From IMG/VR virus record IMGVR_UViG_3300008262_003210: 64,000 nt of DNA. One strand, written 5' to 3'. The number at the start of each line of letters is the position of its first letter. Position 1 is the stretch's first letter. The stretch comes from a virus. Its lineage: Duplodnaviria > Caudoviricetes. The notes beneath the pieces were generated by a model that was not told where the DNA came from, did no database searches, and saw only the letters and a list, made by a program, of their open reading frames with translations. Positions 39,565 to 48,091 of this stretch are shown here, one piece after another. Both the position numbers and the translations under genes were made by a program.

Positions 39565-40256
39565 CGTTTTGGCCTCAATTTGTTTATGGCGTTGTGTATT
39601 TTCCAACTAAGTTTAGGCATATAATGTTTAAGAGTTAAACAACTGTTAACTGCATGTTCTAATTTTTCTGTTCTTTCTATTTGTTTAAGTACAAATTTAT
39701 CACTTGGATTGTCAGACCTAAATCTAATGTAGGCCATTGGTTGACCTCGTTTTAAAATAACTTCATCTTCTAACATCTCAATAGTAGTTACAATAGGTCG
39801 CTGCCAAGAGTAAATGTTAAACATACCTGGAATGAGTCTCCAAGAATGATCAATGTGATTAAATGGGGGAATAAATTCTACATAAACAGGTTGATCCGCT
39901 ACAAATACAAAACTATTGCTAATGGCTACAATGGGTCTACCATTGTCAGGATCAAAATCACCCCAATGAGTTCTTACCATTGCATCAGCAGCATCTTTGG
40001 GTAAATTTGTGCTGATTACTTTGTTATATTTGTCCCAGTGTAAAACTAAATCTACTGTATTTTTTAACACAAATGTATTTTTTACATATTTTACAAATGC
40101 AGGACATTGATGATAACGAGAAGTTGAGTCGTTCCAAGTATCTAGTGGCTCTAGATCAAAATAGGCCAAATCAACCCACCCATAATAGTTAAGTGCAGTA
40201 TTTGTAGTTCGAATATTTTTTTCAAACCACGGACAAAAACCAATTTTAATAGTCAT
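39555..40256 (-). CDS. Conserved hypothetical protein, dUTPase-like beta fold (DUF6065-like), 233 aa
   Basis: QCPA......F.L....D; LIPG.F.I..W.RP; LKRGQPMAYIRF; paralog of 32458..33195. Confidence 0.5.
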   Translation of the reverse strand: MTIKIGFCPWFEKNIRTTNTALNYYGWVDLAYFDLEPLDTWNDSTSRYHQCPAFVKYVKNTFVLKNTVDLVLHWDKYNKVISTNLPKDAADAMVRTHWGDFDPDNGRPIVAISNSFVFVADQPVYVEFIPPFNHIDHSWRLIPGMFNIYSWQRPIVTTIEMLEDEVILKRGQPMAYIRFRSDNPSDKFVLKQIERTEKLEHAVNSCLTLKHYMPKLSWKIHNAINKLRPKRWM

Positions 40257-40464
40257 AGTTAGATGACCAAAATCCTTGCGGGCAGCTACCGGCTTTTAAA
40301 GCGCACTTAGCACTTACTGGACTGCCTACAATTTTACATATACCCTCGTTTTTGTTTTCATATGCATAACAATTTTTACAAATTTCCATTCTTTGTTCGT
40401 ATATTTGCATAGAAACGCGAAGCACTCTTTCGTCTAAGTGCATCTGTCTTGGTTTTTTAATCAT
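40246..40464 (-). CDS. Small Cys-rich protein (72 aa), putative metal-binding
   Basis: R..ICKNC...........C.........C......CP...W; overlaps both neighbours, so it is embedded in the operon. Confidence 0.6.
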   Translation of the reverse strand: MIKKPRQMHLDERVLRVSMQIYEQRMEICKNCYAYENKNEGICKIVGSPVSAKCALKAGSCPQGFWSSNYDY

Positions 40465-41176
40465 TTTTTAAACTCCGTTTCATATGATCTAGAATAAATT
40501 CTAAATTTAAAATTTTATTTTGTAACTGATCAATTTCACTAGTATGTGGTTGATAGTCTATTACATAGTTGCTGTCTGACGAAAGATATTTTCCAGAGTA
40601 ATTAATGTTGTAACTCATTACAATTCTAGGGTGATTAGAAAGATTTTCTTTTGTCTTATGTCTAATCCATCCCGGAAATAATATTAAATCTCCTGTCGAA
40701 ACTGGAATAGAAGTTTCTATTTTATTTTCAATAGCAACTCCATACGGTATATGGGTTAGTCCATATTCCATTGGATTTATTAATACTAAGTCTCCAGAGT
40801 TTTTTTCGGCTTTTATGTATAATGTAGCAACTATTGGATATAAACTATGAGAATGTTCTACTGTAAGACTATTATTATAATGTATATTTGACCAACATTG
40901 GTCAATCCTAGGTTCTAACCTAGGATCAATATCTAATATTTTCCAATATAATTTAGTATGTTGTAGAACAATATCTGATACTGTTTTTGAATATTCTTCT
41001 AGATGTAAATTACAGTCAGTGGAATAAGTGCTCACTCCACCGTTCATTTCTAAATTACTAGTTTTAGGGGAAGATTGCTTTAATTTAACCTGTAGATTTT
41101 CTTCAAGATTACTAGTATCTATTTGATCTAAAATATTAACTTTATATATTGGTAAAGAGAATAAATTGATAATCAT
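40457..41176 (-). CDS. Putative Fe(II)/2OG dioxygenase, TIGR02466-like (HxH), 239 aa
   Basis: CWSN......T.EHSH......LYI....SGDL...NP...GDLILFPGW..H......RIV.SYN, plus a short coiled-coil-like C-tail. Confidence 0.8.
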   Translation of the reverse strand: MIINLFSLPIYKVNILDQIDTSNLEENLQVKLKQSSPKTSNLEMNGGVSTYSTDCNLHLEEYSKTVSDIVLQHTKLYWKILDIDPRLEPRIDQCWSNIHYNNSLTVEHSHSLYPIVATLYIKAEKNSGDLVLINPMEYGLTHIPYGVAIENKIETSIPVSTGDLILFPGWIRHKTKENLSNHPRIVMSYNINYSGKYLSSDSNYVIDYQPHTSEIDQLQNKILNLEFILDHMKRSLKND

Positions 41177-41182
41177 CGCGCT

Positions 41183-41770
41183 TTATTCCAAGTACCATTT
41201 TTTACTCACAAAAGTTTTAAAAGAAAGATATGTTCTAAGTTTTTTGCAATCTCTATTAGGTGCAAGGCCCCTGTGAGGTATGTTACTATCAAAAACTAAA
41301 CAAGTATTGGGCATTGGGTAATAGGTTGCAATAACATTTCCGTCTTGATCAAAAAACTGAAATTCTCCTCCCCATTCTGGATTCCATTCCTGATTAGGGA
41401 AAAAACAAAAAGTCATAAATCCGTCGCCCATGTCGTTAAACTCTACTTCTTTATCAGTGTGTATTCCGCCATCTAACCCAAATGTTTTTCCTCCGGCAAT
41501 AGCACTATAAAGTTTAAATTGATATTTTTTGGTACTAGGCTCAAGTTCATTTAATTTATTAATGATTTCGTAAAACGCCTGTTCTCCTACCATGTGATAC
41601 AATGTTAAATCGGCTTGCCAAAACATTGTTGTATCCTCGTCCCAAACGTCAGGATTTGTAACTCTGCCATATTGCCAAATTGGTTTTTTCAATTCAGCAA
41701 CAATGTTTACAAATGTATCATTTCTCAGTACATTTTCTAAATAAAATATTTCAGACATGGGTTTGTTCAT
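41183..41770 (-). CDS. Fe(II)/2OG dioxygenase (2OG-FeII_Oxy_3-like, HxD), 195 aa
   Basis: G.IHTD...W..EWGGE..F...N..L.FDS...H.G..P.......R....FK. Confidence 0.85.
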   Translation of the reverse strand: MNKPMSEIFYLENVLRNDTFVNIVAELKKPIWQYGRVTNPDVWDEDTTMFWQADLTLYHMVGEQAFYEIINKLNELEPSTKKYQFKLYSAIAGGKTFGLDGGIHTDKEVEFNDMGDGFMTFCFFPNQEWNPEWGGEFQFFDQDGNVIATYYPMPNTCLVFDSNIPHRGLAPNRDCKKLRTYLSFKTFVSKKWYLE

Positions 41771-41771
41771 A

Positions 41772-42404
41772 TTAGTTGATATCCTTATTGTGTCTATTTA
41801 TGGCCTGTTTTGCCATATTTTTAGAATTTTGATTAGACCATTCTGGGAAATTATGCTCCTCCGCTGCTAGGCTAGACAGCAAATTTGTGTCTAAATCGTG
41901 TTTGTAATTTGCATAACTGCCATGTTTTTTAACATAATGAAGAAATGCTTGATACTGATACTGTTGCCCTTGCATAGGGTGTCTAAAATGCATAATTTCA
42001 GTTCCTTTGTACAGTAGCACATCACCAATGTCTAAGTCAACACTTATAACTTGTCCGTTATCTACTAACCAAAATGGCCATATGTATTTTTCATAATTCA
42101 ACGTTAACGTAAGACTAATTTCACAACTTGGTCTATCAGTGTGTGGTGGAAGACTATCATTTTCTTGATATATCCTAGCATATGAATAGCATGGATATAA
42201 TTCTTCTCCTACTATTGTTTCAACATTTTTTTGTATTTCTACTAATTCATCATTAAATATTCCGTAAAACGCAGGACTTAACGTACACAACGGATCAGGA
42301 TTTCGATATACTCCTCGGCCAAATAATGTATTAAGCCTGTTGGCCATCTCTACACATTTTTCTTTTTCAAAGAAATTTTTTAAAATCTTATAATTTTCTT
42401 TCAT
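41772..42404 (-). CDS. Fe(II)/2OG dioxygenase (HxD), 210 aa
   Basis: YSYARIY.....L.PHTDRPSCEIS.T...GD..LY.G....H.R......Q.FLHYV. Confidence 0.85.
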   Translation of the reverse strand: MKENYKILKNFFEKEKCVEMANRLNTLFGRGVYRNPDPLCTLSPAFYGIFNDELVEIQKNVETIVGEELYPCYSYARIYQENDSLPPHTDRPSCEISLTLTLNYEKYIWPFWLVDNGQVISVDLDIGDVLLYKGTEIMHFRHPMQGQQYQYQAFLHYVKKHGSYANYKHDLDTNLLSSLAAEEHNFPEWSNQNSKNMAKQAINRHNKDIN

Positions 42405-42975
42405 TTTGGCTAAGAGTTATATTAAACGATAAACTAATTCTTTTATGACTTGTATTATTATGAAACACGGCATGTTCTAAAAAACTTGGAAATAACAAAA
42501 TCTTTCCAACTTCTGGTTTATAGTTAACAGCGTTATCAATATTGTAAGTTAGCTTATGAAATCTATTAACTAAAGAAGGATTTCTAAAAACAATATCTCC
42601 GTCATCACCAGAAGTTTGGTGATAATAAACACCAGACATGTCACTATCGCCGTGCAAATGATAATGTTGAAAAGAATGTTCGCCTCCTATATTACACCAT
42701 GATTCTCTAACATTAATGTTTAAATTAGAATAGTTTAATCGTATTAAGAATTCCCTACAATGTTTTTTTATTTCTTCTAATAGAATTGGTGTTTCAGATA
42801 AAACGTGTTCGTAATTACCATACTTAAAAGTAGTTGAAACTGTGTCTCCCCAAGGATTTACAAGCCGTGCTCCATGTAAAGTAGACACATACTCTGAAAC
42901 TTCTTTTTGAATTGAATCTATATTTTCAACAATAGCAAAATATATAGGAGTAGGAAAAAAATATTCAACTGGCAT
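42388..42975 (-). CDS. Putative Fe(II)/2OG dioxygenase, TIGR02466-like (HxH), 195 aa
   Basis: ESW.N......Q..HLH....SGVYY...G.I.F.NP...G...LFPS.L.H.V......RISLSFN. Confidence 0.85.
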   Translation of the reverse strand: MPVEYFFPTPIYFAIVENIDSIQKEVSEYVSTLHGARLVNPWGDTVSTTFKYGNYEHVLSETPILLEEIKKHCREFLIRLNYSNLNINVRESWCNIGGEHSFQHYHLHGDSDMSGVYYHQTSGDDGDIVFRNPSLVNRFHKLTYNIDNAVNYKPEVGKILLFPSFLEHAVFHNNTSHKRISLSFNITLSQNERKL

Positions 42976-43591
42976 TGGATTCTATTGACAAGTTAAAAGG
43001 AATACTTATTTTATTTTTTAATTGTTTATGACTATCATATCCATGATATACATTAGATTTAAACAATACTAATCTTCCAGGAACACAGTCATATGAGATT
43101 TTAGAATAATTCATCGGGTTATGAACCCAAGGTTTAACCGGTTCGTATGCATCTCTGTAAGGCGAACCAAAACATATCTTTGCACCTGGCGGAGCATCTA
43201 CATAAAATACTCCGCTTATAGCAGCCCTGCCAACAGTACTATGAATATGTTGAGCATGATAATCATATGGACCAATAGAATTTAACCACATGTTTGTAAA
43301 AGCCAGTTGATTCTCTTTTAAAGAAGGATATCCTAATACTTCACAAAATAGTAATGTTTGTTTTCGAATAGCTAAACATAAATCAGAAAATCTAACATCA
43401 TTGTATAAATGACCGTATACGTCATGCCAAAAAGAAGTATGCAGACTACTTTCACCAAACGGATGAGGATCCTTTTCAATGTCTTTCAACATTTCCAAAG
43501 CAATCTGTTCGTAGTCGGCAAGTTTATCCATGCAGTTAAGGTCTGAATAATAGACCAATGTTGGAAACCACGAATCAATATAATGTGTCAT
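42965..43591 (-). CDS. Putative Fe(II)/2OG dioxygenase, TIGR02466-like (HxH), 208 aa
   Basis: NMW.N......H..HIH.....ISGVFYV...GRL.LF.S...HG.......KISI.FN. Confidence 0.8.
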   Translation of the reverse strand: MTHYIDSWFPTLVYYSDLNCMDKLADYEQIALEMLKDIEKDPHPFGESSLHTSFWHDVYGHLYNDVRFSDLCLAIRKQTLLFCEVLGYPSLKENQLAFTNMWLNSIGPYDYHAQHIHSTVGRAAISGVFYVDAPPGAKICFGSPYRDAYEPVKPWVHNPMNYSKISYDCVPGRLVLFKSNVYHGYDSHKQLKNKISIPFNLSIESNAS

Positions 43592-44175
43592 TTAAATCTT
43601 GGCCCTACGACCCAGGAAACTAAACTTTTTCTTAAACCTTCTGTTACCGGAGTTACTTCGTGAATTACATAACTGGGGAATACAATTAAAGTTCCTTTAG
43701 TTTTAGGAGCAATTACTGGATCCTTTGTTGAAAATCTATAAAATAATAATTCACCTCCTTGGTAGTCGGCTTCATCTGAAAGTTGAATAGTTAAACTTAA
43801 TTTTCTAAAAAGATTATATTTGTAACCGTCGTCGCTGTGTGGTTTGTAATGACCTAGTGTATCTGAATGGTATTCAGCGTACTGTAAGTCTTCCATTTCT
43901 GTTAAATCGTATCTGTAAAATCTGTCATTCAACTGTTGAATAATATTTGAAAGTTTCATGTAAAGATCTTTGGATTCTTCGTTAGTTTCAATCCAAGAAA
44001 TTTTATTCTTACGAATTTCTTCGTTAGAAATTCCGGCTTCTAAAGTGCCATCGCCCTGCATAGTACTTTTGCTAGCCAGCATTTCTACTAATTTTATTTC
44101 ATCATCGGTAAGAACGCCTGGTGCGTATGCAAATGGTTCATTTGCGTAATTTAAATCTTTTATAAACCAGCTCAT
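43588..44175 (-). CDS. PKHD-type (PiuC/YbiX-like) Fe(II)/2OG hydroxylase, 195 aa
   Basis: LQ...Y.....GHY..HSD....RKLS..IQLS....Y.GGEL...KGT..VFPS...HEVTPVT.G.R.SLV.W..GP.FK. Confidence 0.9.
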   Translation of the reverse strand: MSWFIKDLNYANEPFAYAPGVLTDDEIKLVEMLASKSTMQGDGTLEAGISNEEIRKNKISWIETNEESKDLYMKLSNIIQQLNDRFYRYDLTEMEDLQYAEYHSDTLGHYKPHSDDGYKYNLFRKLSLTIQLSDEADYQGGELLFYRFSTKDPVIAPKTKGTLIVFPSYVIHEVTPVTEGLRKSLVSWVVGPRFK

Positions 44176-44744
44176 TGTTTCAATCCTGTATCAAAACTAA
44201 CCACATATCGTTGATTAGAAAAATTATTTTCAGTGTAATGCATCAGCCAACTAGGAAACAATATTAAATCTCCCAGTGCTACTTTAAAATTAAAGGCTTG
44301 TCTGTTGTATTCAGTTAATCTTGTTGAAATTTCATTAACCTTAAAAGGTTGACATGGGTTATCAAATATTAACTCGCCCGAATCGTCATCTGCTTTGCTA
44401 TAAAAAACACCACTTATTAGACTAAGTTCGTGCCTATGAGGTTTAATTGTGCTGCCATCTCTGTATATGTTACACCAACTATAAGTTATTTTACAAGGAT
44501 GCAATCCTAATTGATCAGCATAAAGATCTACACATTCCTGTATAGCATTTTTAAGATCTAAATTAGAATCTAAAAAAGAAGATGAGTTGCTTCTTAAACC
44601 TTTACCATTAAACAACTTATGATAAGTGTTAACAAGTTCAGTTTCTTCAATTTTTTTACTAATTTCTTCTAAGTTAGCTTTGCCTAACAAATTATAAACA
44701 TTTATAACGGTTGGAAATAACCAACATTCTGCTTTTTTAATCAT
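44172..44744 (-). CDS. Putative Fe(II)/2OG dioxygenase, TIGR02466-like (HxH), 190 aa
   Basis: SWCN......I.PHRH..S.ISGVFY....SG.L.F.NP...GDLILFPSWL.H.T......R.V.SFD. Confidence 0.85.
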   Translation of the reverse strand: MIKKAECWLFPTVINVYNLLGKANLEEISKKIEETELVNTYHKLFNGKGLRSNSSSFLDSNLDLKNAIQECVDLYADQLGLHPCKITYSWCNIYRDGSTIKPHRHELSLISGVFYSKADDDSGELIFDNPCQPFKVNEISTRLTEYNRQAFNFKVALGDLILFPSWLMHYTENNFSNQRYVVSFDTGLKQ

Positions 44745-44745
44745 T

Positions 44746-45195
44746 TTAAATTAAGTCCACTAAATCAAATATTGTTTGTAATTTTGTTCTAATAGTTTTA
44801 TTACTAAAACTATTTCTCAAACCTTGATGCAATGGTTTAGGAGCGTAATCAACATTTACCCATGCGTAGCCGGTGTGTTCTTGGCTGAGAATGGGAATAA
44901 ATTCGTTGTCTATTACACAGAGATATGTGTGAAAATTAAAAACTTTGTCGTTTGATACAAACGTCTCTAATGGTATAGTTTTGATTATGTGGGGAGTTGT
45001 GCCTACTTCTTCAGATACTTCTCTTTGAAGTCCTTGCCAGGGATTTTCATGTTGTAGGTTAGTGCCACCTACTAATCCCCAAGTACCAGCATGTTTGCCT
45101 TCGGCTTTTTGTAACAGTAAAAATCTTCGTGTAGATTTAGCGTAGAATAATGCTCCGCTACATACAATCTTATCTGTTACAGTTCTAATCTCCAT
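44746..45195 (-). CDS. Nudix hydrolase (149 aa)
   Basis: Complete Nudix box G-x5-E-x7-REVSEEVG; EH..Y.W near C-terminus. Confidence 0.9.
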   Translation of the reverse strand: MEIRTVTDKIVCSGALFYAKSTRRFLLLQKAEGKHAGTWGLVGGTNLQHENPWQGLQREVSEEVGTTPHIIKTIPLETFVSNDKVFNFHTYLCVIDNEFIPILSQEHTGYAWVNVDYAPKPLHQGLRNSFSNKTIRTKLQTIFDLVDLI

Positions 45196-46637
45196 TCGCC
45201 CGCCCTATACTCGCCTTCAAACGATTTAGCCCAAAATACACCATTCCAGACGTACTGGACCCCAGTATATATATTCGTTTGATATATGAGTGTGTCGGAT
45301 TCTTGAGTAGAATTAAAAATTATATACCAATTTGTATTATCAAATTCTATAATATCGTTTGCATAGGCAACTAGATTCCCCCAAGCACTAGCTGGTTGAG
45401 TGTTATTTTCGTTGCCTATATCTTCTATAATTAAGTATCGAGTACCTGCTACTGGTGACTCTGGATTATAGGTCAGGGGATTAATAATTGCATCAAATGT
45501 TCCTGGGCTTGCTGGCCTTAAGTTATTTGTTCCGTAGTCGGCATCAGTGTCCAAATTACCGTCGCTATCAATTCCTGTATTCGTATTAAGTGTATCTGCG
45601 TCCCAGGATACTTGTAGGATTGTTGGATCTAGTGGACTTATTGCCACTGTGCCTATAACTTCTGTTCCGTTTGATTGAGTTAAGTACAATGAACTTGATC
45701 CTGCTGTGTACTTTCCAGGATATTTGTCAAAAAGTGCTTGCCATTCAATTGGCGTTCCTTGACGAACAGGTATATCCAGTGTTGGTTCTCTAGGCACGCT
45801 GCTTTCTGATTTATTCAATAAAATTACTTGATTGTTATAAACTTGAACATTGTAATCTGTAATAGTAGCAGATTCGCGAGTTAACAACTGCCCCATAGCA
45901 ATATCTGGACCTGCTAATGGCTGACCTAATCCTTCTATGTAAGAATTATTGTTTACATTTGCACCGTCATATAAACTTGTAATAATTTTAGTAATAACTC
46001 CAAGATGCTTAACTTTAACTGGAGGACTAATCCATATAGGAGTTTCTAACTGTAGTGTTGCAATATCAATAGGACTATCAGTACCTACTGGAACACTACG
46101 ACTAGACCATGTTGTCTGTGTTAGATTTAAAATTGAAAGGCTTGTCCAGTCAACATAATTGTCGGTTGTCTGTAGTTCAAGGCTTGGATTAAACAATACT
46201 AGTATTTGTTCTAGTAACTGTAATTTTTGTTCAGTATTTGCAGTCCATATATCACACTTCATAGTTAACTTAAAAGGCGTTGGCATCAAACGCTCAACAG
46301 TATAGTTGCGTCCTTGTCCAGAAGTGTACACTGGATTATTTGGATCAGCGTCATTTATTTCGCGTTCTCTTACATGAACTTTGCCTACAAAAGTAGAGTC
46401 ACTCATTCTAGTCATGTCTAAATCTAAACCAGAAATATAAACAGCAATTCTTGGCACACTACTAATTTTGTTTTCACTGTTTTGACGAACAATACTTGCC
46501 GCCTGCCTATCAGCATCTCCGTACATAACCGGAACACGAACAAGAGTTCCATCTCCGTATTTGACTGTAAAATTACTCAACACACGAATAGTTTGAGTTA
46601 AGTACCTTCTTATTTGTCCGTCATAAAAAAATTGCAT
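45177..46637 (-). CDS. gp15: Tail completion/sheath stabilizer protein, T4 gp15-like, with C-terminal extension (486 aa)
   Basis: FYD.QIRRY.......F...VP..YG...PR.......D..R...P.P..L....IW......Q.LEQIL..FNP; located next to the neck genes. Confidence 0.7.
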   Translation of the reverse strand: MQFFYDGQIRRYLTQTIRVLSNFTVKYGDGTLVRVPVMYGDADRQAASIVRQNSENKISSVPRIAVYISGLDLDMTRMSDSTFVGKVHVREREINDADPNNPVYTSGQGRNYTVERLMPTPFKLTMKCDIWTANTEQKLQLLEQILVLFNPSLELQTTDNYVDWTSLSILNLTQTTWSSRSVPVGTDSPIDIATLQLETPIWISPPVKVKHLGVITKIITSLYDGANVNNNSYIEGLGQPLAGPDIAMGQLLTRESATITDYNVQVYNNQVILLNKSESSVPREPTLDIPVRQGTPIEWQALFDKYPGKYTAGSSSLYLTQSNGTEVIGTVAISPLDPTILQVSWDADTLNTNTGIDSDGNLDTDADYGTNNLRPASPGTFDAIINPLTYNPESPVAGTRYLIIEDIGNENNTQPASAWGNLVAYANDIIEFDNTNWYIIFNSTQESDTLIYQTNIYTGVQYVWNGVFWAKSFEGEYRAGEWRLEL

Positions 46638-48049
46638 TATAAATCTGCCTTTGGTCTAAGAGCTTTAGATAAACTCTGTCGTTGTGCTTCTCTATTCTTG
46701 CAAAGACTAATCTTCCAAGTGCCTGTATGAGGAATAATTTGTTGCTCATCGCTAATTACAGGAAGTTCAATGCGAATTTTACCAGCGTTATTAGTTATCA
46801 TGCTAGTATAATCTTCAATAGTAAAACCTATTTCCGTTGTTTCTAATTTTAATACCAGATATACTGCACCTGTTAAATCTGAATAGTTAATATTGGTGTC
46901 AAATTCAATATCGCCTTCGTCTAACTTCACCCAATCAATTGCAGTTGCTTGATTGTAGATATAAGAAGTATTATTAATAAATCCAGTTTTAAGAGTTTGA
47001 CGAGTATCGTTGTTGGTCATATTCATACGCACAGCATCTTCTACTTTAATCCAACGTGTGCCGTCAAAGCGGAATAATCTGTTGGGCATAAAATCTGTAC
47101 GTAGGAAAAAATCATCTGGACCTGGTGCTTCGGGAAACTGTATGCCGTGGCCAAAATCATATCCGTTTTGCGGGAACCCATCTCCAACTAGATAACCAGT
47201 GTAACCAGTTCTGACAGGACGAGCATTGCTTTCTAGTGCAGTAATACTTGTTATAGATGCATCTAGTTCAGTTGTATCTGAAGTATTAAGTACAGTTTTT
47301 CCTTTTTCATCAACTGCCAAAGTATAAAACTGTCTTGTTTCATATCCACTCTTAGGAGCATCTGCTTCTGCTTGTTGAACAACAGCATCGTTAATCACAA
47401 GTTCTTGTGTTCTCATACTTAACAAATCACGCAGAGTTTTATCGCTTGGATTACCGTACGCATCAGTTGCTGGCTTATCTAAAATATCTGCGAATTGTTG
47501 TGCATCTAGTAATTTCTTGCAACGTAATCTATACAAGTGAGGATACCATGTTGCACTAAATCCTTCGCTAGCACGGCCAACATCTTCAATTACGTAATAT
47601 CTTGGCAGAGCAATGTCGTAATCATTTAATGCAAATTGGTCTTTTAAATGAGGTAATTCAATAACGTCACCTGATAAGGGTTTACGTCCAACATATTCAA
47701 TAAAATTATTAATGTGGACCGTCATAAAAATTATATCATTGTCAATGAATAATCCAAATTGACTTAGGTTAAAATCAATATTTGCAACATTATAGAGCCC
47801 GCGAATTTTGTAAATTTCTTCGCTGTATTTTCTGTCTCTATTTTCTAAAAATAACAAATCTTGAATGTTTGTTTCTTTGACAGCATCGTACACTGGTTGA
47901 TCTGCTGTACCTTCGTCTTTTAGTTTAGGACCTAGATACTTGTGCAAATAAACATCTGTACCGCCAACCTGAAACATCTCAGAAATTGAGCGATCTATAA
48001 ATTTGTAGTCTTGCCCTCGTTCGGGCTTATATAAGGATAATCGTGGCAT
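46637..48049 (-). CDS. gp14: Head closure/neck protein, T4 gp14-like (about 470 aa; start re-called at MPRL)
   Basis: F.E.RDR.Y...L.QFGLF..ND......H...GD.I.LP....Y.IE.V...F..TW..H...L.C; late promoter directly upstream of 48049. Confidence 0.65.
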   Translation of the reverse strand: MPRLSLYKPERGQDYKFIDRSISEMFQVGGTDVYLHKYLGPKLKDEGTADQPVYDAVKETNIQDLLFLENRDRKYSEEIYKIRGLYNVANIDFNLSQFGLFIDNDIIFMTVHINNFIEYVGRKPLSGDVIELPHLKDQFALNDYDIALPRYYVIEDVGRASEGFSATWYPHLYRLRCKKLLDAQQFADILDKPATDAYGNPSDKTLRDLLSMRTQELVINDAVVQQAEADAPKSGYETRQFYTLAVDEKGKTVLNTSDTTELDASITSITALESNARPVRTGYTGYLVGDGFPQNGYDFGHGIQFPEAPGPDDFFLRTDFMPNRLFRFDGTRWIKVEDAVRMNMTNNDTRQTLKTGFINNTSYIYNQATAIDWVKLDEGDIEFDTNINYSDLTGAVYLVLKLETTEIGFTIEDYTSMITNNAGKIRIELPVISDEQQIIPHTGTWKISLCKNREAQRQSLSKALRPKADL

Positions 48050-48053
48050 AATG

Positions 48054-48075
48054 ATATTTATCGCTAGATAAATAT
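48054..48075. promoter_or_regulatory. Back-to-back divergent late promoters forming an inverted repeat
   Basis: ATATTTATC-GCTA-GATAAATAT gives GATAAATA on each strand, between the divergent starts at 48049(-) and 48092(+). Confidence 0.7.
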
Positions 48076-48091
48076 AGTAGGAGAACTTAAA

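Noticed and set aside
38504-39610. Plus-strand ORFs 38504..38743 and 39302..39610
   Set aside because: Antisense shadows of the halogenase homolog.
31293-44744. Classical secondary-metabolite cluster such as pyrrolnitrin or rebeccamycin
   Set aside because: No prnB/C/D, rebO/D, NRPS/PKS or transporter genes; only tailoring-type enzymes are present.
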